64,000 bases of DNA, taken from the NCBI GenBank assembly GCA_016711705.1, contig JADJSK010000008.1, forward strand, positions 3,803 through 67,802, in the 5' to 3' direction. Position 1 is the first letter of the stretch. Every line of letters starts with the position of its first letter. Source of the DNA: Candidatus Brachybacter algidus (GTDB lineage: Bacteria; Bacteroidota; Bacteroidia; Chitinophagales; Saprospiraceae). The position numbers were made by a program, and so were the translations under genes. A model generated the notes under the pieces. It searched no databases and was not told the DNA's origin. It was given only the letters and a program-made list of their open reading frames with translations. Of this stretch, positions 1 to 10,554 are shown one piece after another.

Positions 1-480
1 AATAATCGCTGCTCTAAATGCTGTGAAGTTTCTTTATAATCTTCAAACTCTGCAAATTCTTTCTGTGCTAGCGGAAAAGATACAGAGTATTTTTTCTCCA
101 ACCAAGGGTTCTCCAAGATTATTAACCAAGTCGAACATGGATGAGCCTGTGGCTATTACTTTTATCCCTTCAATTGAATCAACGATCAGTTTGAGAATTA
201 AACCAATATCAGGAATATGTTGTGCCTCATCAATCACCAAGACATCTATACCTGAAAGTAATCGCTGGTAATTTGTGACCGATCGCTCCTTAAGTAAATC
301 TGAGTCCATGATGTCCTCACCATTGAGCTGTAAATATACATTTTGAGGATGCTCTTTAATAAAGTCTTTAATGAGCTTCGTTTTTCCAACTCGCCTTGCC
401 CCTAATAACAGTAGCACCTTTTCAGGAAGCAGTTTTTTACTGAATTCAGTGAAAAGTACCCTTTTAAAATAATTTGACAT
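1..480 (-). CDS. AAA+ ATPase (COG1373/DUF4143-type ATP-binding protein); 3' end runs off the window; frame broken once
   Basis: ORF 43..540 has Walker A GARRVGKT and Walker B VLVIDEAQ. The likely start is MSNYF at 478-480. After the T6 run at 90-95, the family-typical continuation KYSVSFPLAQKEFAEFEDYKE is in another frame and reads through to base 1. Confidence 0.6.
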
Positions 481-524
481 CCTTGGACTTACCTTTTGCA
501 CAGCAAAGATAGTGAAATAAACCT

Positions 525-605
525 TAATTGCGTCAACCAACTGACTGAATTTAGCTAAATTGCGTCAGTCAGTTGACTGAATTTAGCTAAATTGTGTCAA
601 TGGAT
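525..605. repeat. About 2.5 copies of a 32-bp direct repeat (tgactgaatttagctaaattgcgtca...) in the rfbA-ATPase spacer
   Basis: tgactgaatttagctaaattg is exact at 542-562 and 574-594. aattgYgtca recurs at 525-535, 557-567 and 589-599. Confidence 0.8.
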
Positions 606-607
606 AT

Positions 608-1465
608 TTATTTGATGCGCTTCAGATACACCCCGTACCCACTTTTTATATACAATTCTGCAAGTTCATTGAGTTGCTCCCTCGAGATAAACCCTTTTCT
701 AAAGGCGATCTCCTCGATGCAACCGATCTTATATCCCTGACGTTTTTCGATGACGCGGATGAATTCCGTTGCATCATGCAAAGAGTCGAAGGTGCCGGTA
801 TCCAGCCAGGCGGTGCCACGACCCAGGATAGCCACATTGAGATCTCCACGTTTCAGATATTCTCGATTGACATCCGTGATCTCGTATTCTCCACGGGGAG
901 AAGGAGCAAGGTCTCGTGCTATTTCCACAACAGAATTGTCATAGAAATAAAGTCCGGGAACAGCATAATTGGACTTTGGAGAATCAGGTTTTTCTTCTAT
1001 GCTGATGGCTTTTTTGTTCTCATCAAATTCCACCACACCATAACGTTCCGGATCTGACACCTCGTATGCAAATACATAACCACCTTCCACATTACTGAGC
1101 TTCTCTAATTGCTCTCCTAATCCCGCACCGTAAAAAATATTATCTCCCAGTACAAGGGCTACTTTATCATTGCCAATTAATTCTGCACCCAAGACAAATG
1201 CCTGAGCAAGTCCATTTGGCACTTCCTGAGCCACATATTCGAATCTGCAACCTATGTCAGAACCATCTCCAAGCAGCCTTTGAAACTGACTTTGATCTTC
1301 AGGAGTTGTGATGATCAGAATTTCCTTTATTCCTGCCATCATCAATACAGACAGGGGGTAGTAGATCATCGGTTTGTCATAGATCGGCATGAGTTGTTTG
1401 CTGATCGCTTTTGTGATGGGGTAGAGTCGTGTGCCGGATCCGCCGGCGAGGATTATTCCTTTCAT
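608..1465 (-). CDS. rfbA: Glucose-1-phosphate thymidylyltransferase
   Basis: 285 aa, [18 protein letters not shown]...; full-length RmlA-type sequence. Confidence 0.95.
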   Translation of the reverse strand: MKGIILAGGSGTRLYPITKAISKQLMPIYDKPMIYYPLSVLMMAGIKEILIITTPEDQSQFQRLLGDGSDIGCRFEYVAQEVPNGLAQAFVLGAELIGNDKVALVLGDNIFYGAGLGEQLEKLSNVEGGYVFAYEVSDPERYGVVEFDENKKAISIEEKPDSPKSNYAVPGLYFYDNSVVEIARDLAPSPRGEYEITDVNREYLKRGDLNVAILGRGTAWLDTGTFDSLHDATEFIRVIEKRQGYKIGCIEEIAFRKGFISREQLNELAELYIKSGYGVYLKRIK

Positions 1466-1477
1466 TTTTTTTAAGAG

Positions 1478-1631
1478 GTTAGAAAGTGAGAATGTGAGAA
1501 AGTGAGAAGGAGTCCACCCCCTTGGCCCCCTCCGAAGGGGGACATGTGGAGAGCCGCATGGTTTTGTTTATTATTCAATGTTTTAATATTAATGGAGTGA
1601 GAATGTGAGAAGGTGAGAAGGTGATGAGGAG
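1478..1631 (+). repeat. Arm-core-arm composite: GTGAGAAN octamer array (1478-1510), GC-hairpin element (1511-1545 plus conserved tail to about 1575), second octamer array (1594-1631)
   Basis: Read directly: gttagaaagtgagaatgtgagaaagtgagaagg / agtccacccccttggccccctccgaagggggacat... / ggagtgagaatgtgagaaggtgagaaggtgatgaggag. Confidence 0.9.
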
Positions 1632-1982
1632 TTAAACAAGTTTTTTTATTAATCCTGATAACATACTTTTGATATGATTCAATTTTCTGAACATCTCAGG
1701 ATCTTCTTTTATATATCCGATTCTATTTGATAAAATATATTGGGTTTCCAGTTCTGCGCAGGATCCAAGGGAATAAAAAAGAAACCTTTTAAATTCAGGA
1801 CCACTTTGCCTGGCTGCCCCTTCTGCTATATTAGACGGAATAGATATGGCGCATCTTCTCATTTGTGAGGAAAGTCCATATTTCTCATCTAAAGGTAAAC
1901 ATTTTGTGATTTCGTAAATGCTGGTAACTAAATCCATAGAAACTTGCCAGACCACGAGGTCTTTGTGGGATGAAATTTTCAT
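1632..1982 (-). CDS. Four-helix-bundle protein (TIGR02436, 23S rRNA intervening-sequence protein family)
   Basis: 116 aa with family hallmarks DLVVWQ, EKYGLSSQMRRCAISIPSNIAEG and GSCAELETQ. Confidence 0.9.
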   Translation of the reverse strand: MKISSHKDLVVWQVSMDLVTSIYEITKCLPLDEKYGLSSQMRRCAISIPSNIAEGAARQSGPEFKRFLFYSLGSCAELETQYILSNRIGYIKEDPEMFRKLNHIKSMLSGLIKKLV

Positions 1983-2066
1983 TTTAATTAAAATTTGGTG
2001 ATCAAAAACACTAAATTAAACATTATTCACCAAACCCTATAATAAATAACAAAAATATGCTTTTGA

Positions 2067-2106
2067 CCTCCCTTCTCACCTCCTCACTTCTTCACCTTCT
2101 CACCCC
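2067..2106 (-). repeat. Inverted copy of the GTGAGAAG array (reads cttctcac on the plus strand); partner arm of 1594-1631
   Basis: cctcccttctcacctcctcacttcttcaccttctcacccc. Its reverse complement aligns to 1594-1631 at about 28 of 38 positions (hand alignment). Confidence 0.85.
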
Positions 2107-2108
2107 TT

Positions 2109-3147
2109 CTATTCCAAATCTTCCAAACTTAATCTCTCCCCTTTTTCAATATTCCTCTTCACTTTCTTTCCCAACACTTCTTTAAAAAACTTCGGATGCA
2201 ATCCAAATCCCGGTCCTGATCGAACGGATATTCTTCTCAGTTAAAACTTCACCCTCAGCAATATTCTCTACTATATAAAGCGATCGACTAAAATCCTTCC
2301 CTTTTTTCTGCTTATCAGTCAGGTTATAATCAACTTTCCCTATTGCCTTTTCAGCTTCCCGGACTGCTTTTACCATCTCTGTGAATTCTGCTTCATTCAT
2401 GGAGAAGGATGAGTCAGGACCACCGATGGAACGGTCGAGGATGAAGTGCTTTTCAATTATTTTAGCTCCAAAACATGTAGCTACGACAGGTGCAGTGCTT
2501 CCGATGGTGTGATCCGACAATCCGACAATCATATTAAATCGTTCAGCGAAATCTTTTACCATGATCATATTTGCTTCTTCGATGGGAGCCGGGTAGGAAG
2601 ATGTGCATTTTAATAATGCGATATTTTCATTGCCCATGCGCTCACAAGCGTCGATGGCAAGTTCGATGTCTTCAAGTTCTGCGATGCCTGTGGAAATGAT
2701 GATGGGCTTTCCTTTGGATGCCACCAATTCTATCAATGGAATGTCTGTTATTTCAAAGGATGCTATTTTGTATGCCGGAACATTCAGACTTTCTAATAAT
2801 TCAACAGCTGTTGGGTCAAATGGCGATGAAAAACATTCTAATCCTTCTTCTCTTGCGACGGCGAACAATTGTTCGTGCCACTCCCACGGTGTAAATGCTT
2901 CCGAATACAAACTGTGTAAATTACGTCCTTCCCAGATGGTGCCTTTGATCAAAAAGTCATTCTTCTTTGAATCAATTGTGATGGTATCAGCTGTGTAAGT
3001 CTGAAATTTAATTGCGTCCGCACCGGCTCGTTTTGCGGCACGGATAGTTTCAATAGCTGTGTCCAGACTACCGTTGTGATTGGCGGATAGCTCAGCTATG
3101 ATGAAGACGGGGGAGGTGGAGGATATGGTGTAATTGCCTATTTGCAT
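2109..3147 (-). pseudogene. pseI: Pseudaminic acid synthase (NeuB/PseI family), one frameshift near the 3' end as sequenced
   Basis: ORF 2182..3147 has FIIAELSANHNG and the NeuB core. The SAF-domain tail SIRPGFGLHPKFFKEVLGKKVKRNIEKGERLSLEDLE is in another frame after about 2212-2217. The true stop is at 2109-2111. Confidence 0.85.
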
Positions 3148-3156
3148 TTTTATAAA

Positions 3157-3271
3157 GGTAGAAGTTAGAAGTTAGAAGGACGCTTTGGATGATATTTTAC
3201 TTTTTCTTAAAAGAGGATGCTTAAGGTTTAACAAAAGTTAGAAGGTGAGAATGTGAGAATGTGAGAAGGGG
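3157..3271 (+). repeat. Arm-core-arm composite with TTAGAAG/GTGAGAAT arrays (3157-3179 and 3236-3271) around a 56-nt core
   Basis: ggtagaagttagaagttagaagg ... agttagaaggtgagaatgtgagaatgtgagaagggg. Confidence 0.85.
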
Positions 3272-3528
3272 TCTTCGAAGTTTAATTTTTTGCTGAATGA
3301 AAAAGAAGATAAATCACAGAGGCAATTAGTTGCTATTATTTGCTGTTGTAATTGATATTCAGAATTTTAGAGAATTTAATGAAGATTTGAGATATATGAA
3401 TTCAATAATTATTTATATTAAAGATTCTACTTTGACTTAAATATTACACTACAAAATACAAGAGTTCACGGAGGGATTTTAATCTTTGATTAAAATTTTG
3501 CACAGATGAAACTGTTGTGCCTTGATTT

Positions 3529-3707
3529 GATTACCCATTACGCATTACCTATTTCCCATTATTTATCATTTATCATTTGAATTCATAATGTCACCACCTT
3601 CGGGGTTTTGGGATTTTCATGCATTTGATTTTCTATAAAAATGTCAACCTTTCAGGTTTTTTGCTTCATCATTACCCATTACTGATTACCCATTACTTAT
3701 AATCACC
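3529..3707 (+). repeat. Arm-core-arm composite with CATTACC heptamer arrays (3529-3579 and 3667-3707) around an 87-nt core
   Basis: gattacccattacgcattacctatttcccatt... and catcattacccattactgattacccattacttataatcacc. The right arm overlaps the last codons and stop of the pseG/H ORF. Confidence 0.85.
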
Positions 3708-5120
3708 ACATATCGATAATTATTCTCAACTTCAGTTCTTTCAAATCCCAGTTTTTCAAAGGAAGAGATGGAAGGAAGATTGCCTTTTGAAACAAAACCT
3801 TCGATCGTTAATGGTTTATGGTCCGGAGAAAGTATTTTTACAAATTCTTTACAACCTTTAGCGAGAATTGCCTGACCTAAACCCTTTCCATGAAATGCGG
3901 GATCCAGCAAATATGAAATAGTTGCAGTGTTTTCATTCATGTCAAATCGAATTGAACCGATTGGCTCATTATCCAACTTTGCAATGAAATAAACACAGTT
4001 TTGATCATTTATTTTCCTTGAAAACCAATTATTATGTTCCTCCAACAATATTGGATTTGTATTGAAGGACCACTTTCTTACTTCAGGGTCAGATGCCCAT
4101 TTGTAGGTAATTTCTGAGTCCTCAGGTTTAGCTCTGGTCAATTCGATTGATGCAATATTTTCCAGCAATTGAAAGCATTTATTTATGCGACTTTTTGATT
4201 TTCCATCAATTATTTCGGTAATATTAATATCTGAATTGAGGGCAATATTTACGGCATTTTCAATTGCTGTTTCAGAAAAATTATCGGCATCAATGAAGGC
4301 GTTTTGTGATAGAAAATTTTGATAAAAGTATTTTTGATTTTCAACAAAATATCCGGAAATTGGAATACAACCGGCTGCAAATACTTCCAATAAAATGGTG
4401 CTGCAGGGCACGATGGCGACATCAGAAGCCGACATTATTTCTGCCATTTGATATTCATCAATAGCATGTGATAATTTAATTTCTCTCATTTCCGACAAAC
4501 ACCTTTAATGATTCTGAATGCTTGTAGGCACTTCCTGTGACGACATTTATAGTTTTAAATGCCGAAAATTGAATTGCAATTTTTAAAGCTCTAAGAGTCA
4601 GATCTAATTGATCGCCTCCACCGAAACAAATAAAACAAGACTTAATAGAAGTAATTTTCCTTTTATTATTAGCTGCTTTTAAGAACGGTTCTCTAAGCAG
4701 AGCAAAGTTGGGTCCGAGTGCAAAATAATTAAATGGATCAGTTGAATAATCCGTGGAAGTTATTCCCGGAGCTTGATTTATGATGACATCAGAATGATAA
4801 TTTTTATCGTGCAGGTCATCGATGCAAACGATTTGAGAACCTTTCTCCCGCACTTTTTGGTACAGTTCTGAAGGAAAATGATGACCATCGATCACCACAA
4901 TTTTCTTTTCATCACACAGATCCAAAAATTCATTTTCTTTCTTAATTTGAATCAGTTTGTAATTATTTTTGGTCAGAATATACTCGAAATCACCGGTTAT
5001 TTCTCTACAAACGAATGTGATGTCATACTTGGAATCCAGCATTTGTACCATGGCCATACAGCGGTAGAGGTGGCCCATGCCGAGGGAGGTAGAGCCATCG
5101 GCGCGGAGGAGGATATTCAT
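3686..5120 (-). pseudogene. pseG: Fused PseG (UDP-2,4-diacetamido-2,4,6-trideoxy-beta-L-altropyranose hydrolase) and PseH-like GNAT acetyltransferase; one frameshift as sequenced
   Basis: The N-terminal part starts MNILLRADGSTSLGMGHLYRC (start 5118-5120; the 50 aa upstream in ORF 4476..5270 look spurious). The frame breaks at about 4489-4491 and continues as ...MREIKLSHAIDEYQMAEIMSASDVAIVPCST. The C-terminal GNAT domain has FHGKGLGQAIL. Confidence 0.75.
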
Positions 5121-5265
5121 GATATTATCTTTGATATTATTATGAACATGCCTACGACCTGAGATGATGAGGGAAATCCCAGGCCTACGACCTGGGTTAT
5201 GGGAAGTCGCCCTTTCAGGGCTAGTGGATAACCAAATATCATGAAATAAACTATTAAAATAACTA

Positions 5266-5310
5266 CTCATTACCCATTACCCATTACTCATTACCCATCT
5301 CCCATTTCAC
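5266..5310 (+). repeat. CATTACC heptamer array overlapping the pseF 3' end
   Basis: ctcattacccattacccattactcattacccatctcccatttcac. On the minus strand it encodes ...KWEMGNE and the stop. Confidence 0.85.
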
Positions 5311-5964
5311 CTCCGCCATCTTCCAGTCACTTTCATTGTCAATGTCCTGAACTTCCATTTCTGAAAGAATGATGACTTTAGAATTATCCGAGTACAAACT
5401 ATTACTAATTAATTCCGGTCGGAGCCAATACCACTGACCTGCATCGTGATAAGCCGCTGGTAGGTCCTGACTGCGGGTATGGCTGTATTCAGGCCAGTTC
5501 ATGGATACAAAATTATCTTCATCTACCTTTAAGGATCTAAGGATTGGAAATGAAAAAGGTACGACAGGAAATACACTTGCTATTTCATTTTCTAAAAGAT
5601 CTAAACCAGCTGTTAAATGCGATGATTTCATCAATGGAGCAGTGGGATAAATACAGCAAACTTCGTCGAATGTTCGATCTTCTTTTTTATAGGATTCCAG
5701 TACTTCTCTGATTACTTCAAGTGTCGTTGCTGTGTCGTTCGAAGTATTTTCTGACCTTAGGAACGGTACTTTAGCACCAAGTTCAAGGCTGATATTTTTT
5801 ATTTCTACATCATCTGTGGACACCATAACTTCATCAAATAAGCCACTTTTTAATGCGGCCTCGATCGAGTAAGCGATAATAGGTTTCCCGTGGAAATTTT
5901 TAATATTCTTTCTTGGAATTCTCTTACTTCCACCACGTGCCGGAATGATGGCCAGTCTAGCCAT
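5284..5964 (-). CDS. pseF: Pseudaminic acid cytidylyltransferase (CMP-sugar synthetase family)
   Basis: 226 aa, LAIIPARGGSKRIPRKNI motif, sits within the pse gene context. It is the only pse gene with an intact frame. Confidence 0.85.
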   Translation of the reverse strand: MARLAIIPARGGSKRIPRKNIKNFHGKPIIAYSIEAALKSGLFDEVMVSTDDVEIKNISLELGAKVPFLRSENTSNDTATTLEVIREVLESYKKEDRTFDEVCCIYPTAPLMKSSHLTAGLDLLENEIASVFPVVPFSFPILRSLKVDEDNFVSMNWPEYSHTRSQDLPAAYHDAGQWYWLRPELISNSLYSDNSKVIILSEMEVQDIDNESDWKMAEVKWEMGNE

Positions 5965-7139
5965 TATAGTAATTGTCGATGGTGTTGATGACGTATTGTT
6001 GTTCTTCTGAGGTCAATGTCGGAAACATAGGTAGACTAATGCAATGTCGGTAATATTGCTCTGAATGTGGCATATCTCCTTCCTTCCATCCAAATTGTTT
6101 GTAATAAGGCATCAAATGTGTAGGTATATAGTGGATCTGAGCAAAAATATTATGTTCCCTAAGATGTTTGTATAGACCTAATCTATTCTCTGCTTCAATC
6201 ACATACAAATGATAAGCATGACCTTCGATGACACCCGATTGACCTAGGATATATGTTTTTTCCTGAAATGCATTTTCATAAATTCTCGCTATTTCTCTTC
6301 TTCTTTTAATCCTTCTTCAGCTCGATTTAATTGGCTTAAGCCGAGGGCAGATTGAAATCTGTGATTCGATAATTGTATCCTAGTTGTTGCAATTCCATAT
6401 ACCATCCGGGTATTCATCGCCTCCACCACTGGCGAATTCCATAGAATTAGTATAATTATCATCTCCTTTAGTAATACCATGGGAGCGCAATCTATTTAAT
6501 TGCTTGTACAATTCTTCGTCATTGGTAGTGATCATCCCACCTTCCCCGCAAGCAATGTGTTTGACAGGGTGGAATGAAAATATGGCAAGTTCAGCAAATT
6601 TGCCATTTCCGCACCATTGTTCAACGCCATTTGTGTCTTTAAAATACCCTCCGGGAGCATGACAGGCATCTTCAATGATCCATAAACCGTATTCATCCGC
6701 TAATTTTCTAAATGCTTGCAAGTCCACTGCTCTTCCCGCAAAATCCACTGGAATAATTCTTTTGTAGTTCCCCTCATGGTCATTTTCTAATATCTTTCTT
6801 ACAGAATTAATATCAAGCAAATAAGTTTCAGGATCTATATCTCCAAAAACAACTTCTCCACCACAATATCTAACGCAATTAGCAGAAGCAGAAAAGGTAA
6901 TCGGAGTAGTTATTACCTTGTCTCCCGGTTTTACATCCAGCGACATTGTACAAAGATGCAGTGCGGCAGTGCCATTAGAAACTGCTACGCGTATTTGCTA
7001 CCTATGTATTTAGCAAAGCATTTTCAAACTCACCGATTTTAGGGCCTTGAGTCAGGTAGTCTGATTTCAGCGATTCTGTTACAGCTGCGATGTCGTCATC
7101 TGTTATATTTTGGCGTCCGTATGGAATGGGGTTTCTCAT
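5957..7139 (-). pseudogene. pseC: UDP-4-amino-4,6-dideoxy-N-acetyl-beta-L-altrosamine transaminase (DegT/DnrJ/EryC1 family), at least 5 frameshifts as sequenced
   Basis: The conserved protein is recoverable only by frame hopping: MRNPIPYGRQNITDDDI...GEFENA | FAKYIGSKYA | VAVSNGTAALHLCTMSLDVKPGDKV...GGGDEYP | GWYMELQQLGYNYRITDF | QSALGLSQLNRAEEGLK | RRREIARIYENAFQEK...YVIEAENR...DNYYNG. Breaks are near 7015, 6989, 6408, 6354 and 6305. Confidence 0.85.
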
Positions 7140-7168
7140 GTGAGTGTTGTGCTAATTATTTTTTTAGA

Positions 7169-7321
7169 AGTCCACCCCCTTGGCCCCCTCCGAAGGGGGA
7201 CATTCGTGTGGCCTCATGTTTGTTGTTATTAGTGAAAGTTGTACTAATAAGGATGGTTATATTTTTGTAATAAATATGATCGTATGATGTCCCCCCTTTG
7301 GAGGGGGCTAGGAGGTGGACT
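7169..7321. repeat. Two inverted copies of the GC-hairpin element (7169-7203 and 7287-7321), separated by 83 nt
   Basis: agtccacccccttggccccctccgaagggggacat versus atgtcccccctttggagggggctaggaggtggact (near reverse complements). Confidence 0.9.
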
Positions 7322-7386
7322 CGTTTGCACCTTCAAAGTTATTCAACATTTAGGTGGACCAACCAATTTACTATCCAATACTTCGC

Positions 7387-8397
<1,011 letters not shown>

Positions 8398-8415
8398 GGT
8401 TGTTTGTTTTTTGAT

Positions 8416-8471
8416 GGTCCACCCCCTTGGCCCCCTCCAAAGGGGGATATGCGTTTGGCCTCATATTTAAG
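8416..8471 (+). repeat. GC-hairpin element copy with conserved tail
   Basis: ggtccacccccttggccccctccaaagggggatatgcgtttggcctcatatttaag. It lies 18 nt from the pseB ATG. Confidence 0.9.
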
Positions 8472-8528
8472 TTTAATTTGAGAAACTTTTGCTCTTTGGT
8501 GTATTTTTCATTTTCATTCTTCATTAAT

Positions 8529-9581
8529 TTACCCGTACATCTCTTCATAATACTTCCTATAATCACCACTTGTCACGTGTTCCAGCCATTCGGAGTTAGA
8601 AAGGTACCAATCGATTGTTTTTTCTAGTCCTTCTTCGAAAGTGACGGATGGATACCAACCAAGTTCTTTGTTTATTTTGGAGGCATCGATGGCATAACGT
8701 CGGTCGTGGCCCGGACGGTCTTTGATGTAAGTAATTAACTGCTCTGATTCTCCCTGAGTTCTGTCTAGTTTCCGGTCCATGATGGAGCATAGTAACTTGA
8801 CGAGGTCGATATTTTTCCATTCGTTGAATCCACCGATATTGTAGGTTTCACCGATTTTTCCATTGTGAAACGCTGCGTCTATGGCTGTGCCGTGGTCTAT
8901 AACGTACAACCAGTCGCGAGTGTACAAACCATCTCCATACACCGGTAGGGATTTTTTTTGAATGATATTATTAATAAATAAAGGAATTAACTTTTCCGGA
9001 AAATGAAAAGGACCGTAATTGTTTGAACAATTAGAGATCATGACCGGCATGCCGTATGTGTCACCAAAAGCGCGGACCATATGATCCGAAGATGCTTTGC
9101 TGGCACTGTATGGTGAATGGGGATCGTACTTGGTTTCTTCAGTAAAGAAGCCAGTTTCTCCTAAAGCGCCATAAACTTCATCAGTGGAAACGTGGTAAAA
9201 TAAATGACCATCCTTTTCATTATCCCAATGTTCGCGGGCAGCCTGAAGCAGGTTTGCTGTTCCCATGACATTCGTTTCGATGAATACAAATGGATTTTCT
9301 ATCGATCGGTCTACATGACTTTCTGCTGCAAGATGAATGACATGGGTGATGTTATATTCTTTGAAAACATATCTCAAGGTCCCGAGGTCACAAATATCTC
9401 CTTTAATAAAGCGATAATTACCAGCGGCTTCGATGTCTTTGACATTTTCAAGATTACCTGCGTAGGTCAACAGATCGAAATTGAAAATATTATATTCCGG
9501 ATATTTATTGACAAATAGCCTGGCTACGTGTGAACCTATGAAGCCAGCTGCACCGGTGATAAGAATGTTTTTAGAACTCAT
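8529..9581 (-). CDS. rfbB: dTDP-glucose 4,6-dehydratase
   Basis: 350 aa, ILITGAAGFIGSH..., YSASKASSDH catalytic motif, RmlB-like throughout. Confidence 0.95.
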   Translation of the reverse strand: MSSKNILITGAAGFIGSHVARLFVNKYPEYNIFNFDLLTYAGNLENVKDIEAAGNYRFIKGDICDLGTLRYVFKEYNITHVIHLAAESHVDRSIENPFVFIETNVMGTANLLQAAREHWDNEKDGHLFYHVSTDEVYGALGETGFFTEETKYDPHSPYSASKASSDHMVRAFGDTYGMPVMISNCSNNYGPFHFPEKLIPLFINNIIQKKSLPVYGDGLYTRDWLYVIDHGTAIDAAFHNGKIGETYNIGGFNEWKNIDLVKLLCSIMDRKLDRTQGESEQLITYIKDRPGHDRRYAIDASKINKELGWYPSVTFEEGLEKTIDWYLSNSEWLEHVTSGDYRKYYEEMYG

Positions 9582-9585
9582 TAAA

Positions 9586-10554
9586 TTATTTTGATATTGA
9601 ATTTTTATACCAATCGAAGGATTTTTTCAAACCTTCCTTAACTTTTATTTTTGGGTCATAATTGAGCAGTGTTTTGGCTTTTGAAATATCTGCTAAACTT
9701 GCTCTAACGTCACCTTGTCTCGAACTTCGATAATTTGCATTAAGTTCAGAATTGCCAATTAATTTTAATTCATTCCACATTTCATTGATGGTAATACTAT
9801 CTCCAAGAGCGACATTATAAACCTGATTAAATGCTTCTTCATTTTCTGTAAATAAGGCCAATAGATTGATTTGAACTACGTTTTCGATAAATGTAAAATC
9901 TCTGCTTTGTTCACCATCTCCGTTGATAAATGGGGCATCATTGTCCAAAATAGCCTTGTTGAAAAGCGGAATTACTGCTGCGTATTGACCATTCGGATCT
10001 TGTCGTGGGCCGAACACATTAAAATATCTCAATCCGATAAATTCCAAGCCATATAAATCACCAAATACTTTTGCGTACAATTCATTGACATATTTTGTAA
10101 CCGCATAAGGTGAAAGCGGCAAGCCAATATTGTTTTCTACTTTAGGTAAATTTGGACTATCTCCATAAGTGGAAGATGATGCTGCATAGACAACTCTTGA
10201 AATGCCTGCATTTTTAGCTGCAGTGAAAATATTTAACGTCCCTGAAATATTTACATCATTGGTGGTTAACGGATCTTCAATGCTACGAGGCACGGATCCC
10301 AATGCTGCCTGGTGACAAACAATAGCAATGTCTTCCATTGCTTTCGTACAATCTTCAAAATTTCTGATATCACCTTGCTGGAATTGGAAATTTTCGTTTG
10401 AAAGATTGTGATTTATGTTTTGCATTTTGCCGGTAGCTAAATTATCCAGGACGCGCACAAATCCAATATCAGGCAATGCCAAAAGTGCATCAGCTATGTG
10501 CGAACCTATGAATCCTGCTCCACCGGTGATCAGTATATTTTGCTTCTTCATCAT
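9586..10554 (-). CDS. NAD-dependent sugar-nucleotide 4-epimerase (WbpP/TviC-like)
   Basis: 322 aa, [24 protein letters not shown] (YxxxK). The stop of the upstream dehydrogenase overlaps its start. Confidence 0.8.
   Translation of the reverse strand: MMKKQNILITGGAGFIGSHIADALLALPDIGFVRVLDNLATGKMQNINHNLSNENFQFQQGDIRNFEDCTKAMEDIAIVCHQAALGSVPRSIEDPLTTNDVNISGTLNIFTAAKNAGISRVVYAASSSTYGDSPNLPKVENNIGLPLSPYAVTKYVNELYAKVFGDLYGLEFIGLRYFNVFGPRQDPNGQYAAVIPLFNKAILDNDAPFINGDGEQSRDFTFIENVVQINLLALFTENEEAFNQVYNVALGDSITINEMWNELKLIGNSELNANYRSSRQGDVRASLADISKAKTLLNYDPKIKVKEGLKKSFDWYKNSISK

Noticed and set aside
5121-5270. 50-aa N-terminal extension of the PseG ORF, plus similar upstream extensions at 21090, 23427, 29117 and 56636
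   Set aside because: The extensions run through repeat or spacer sequence and start at non-ATG codons. The conserved protein N-termini begin at internal ATGs (5120, 21144, 23433, 29006, 56597).
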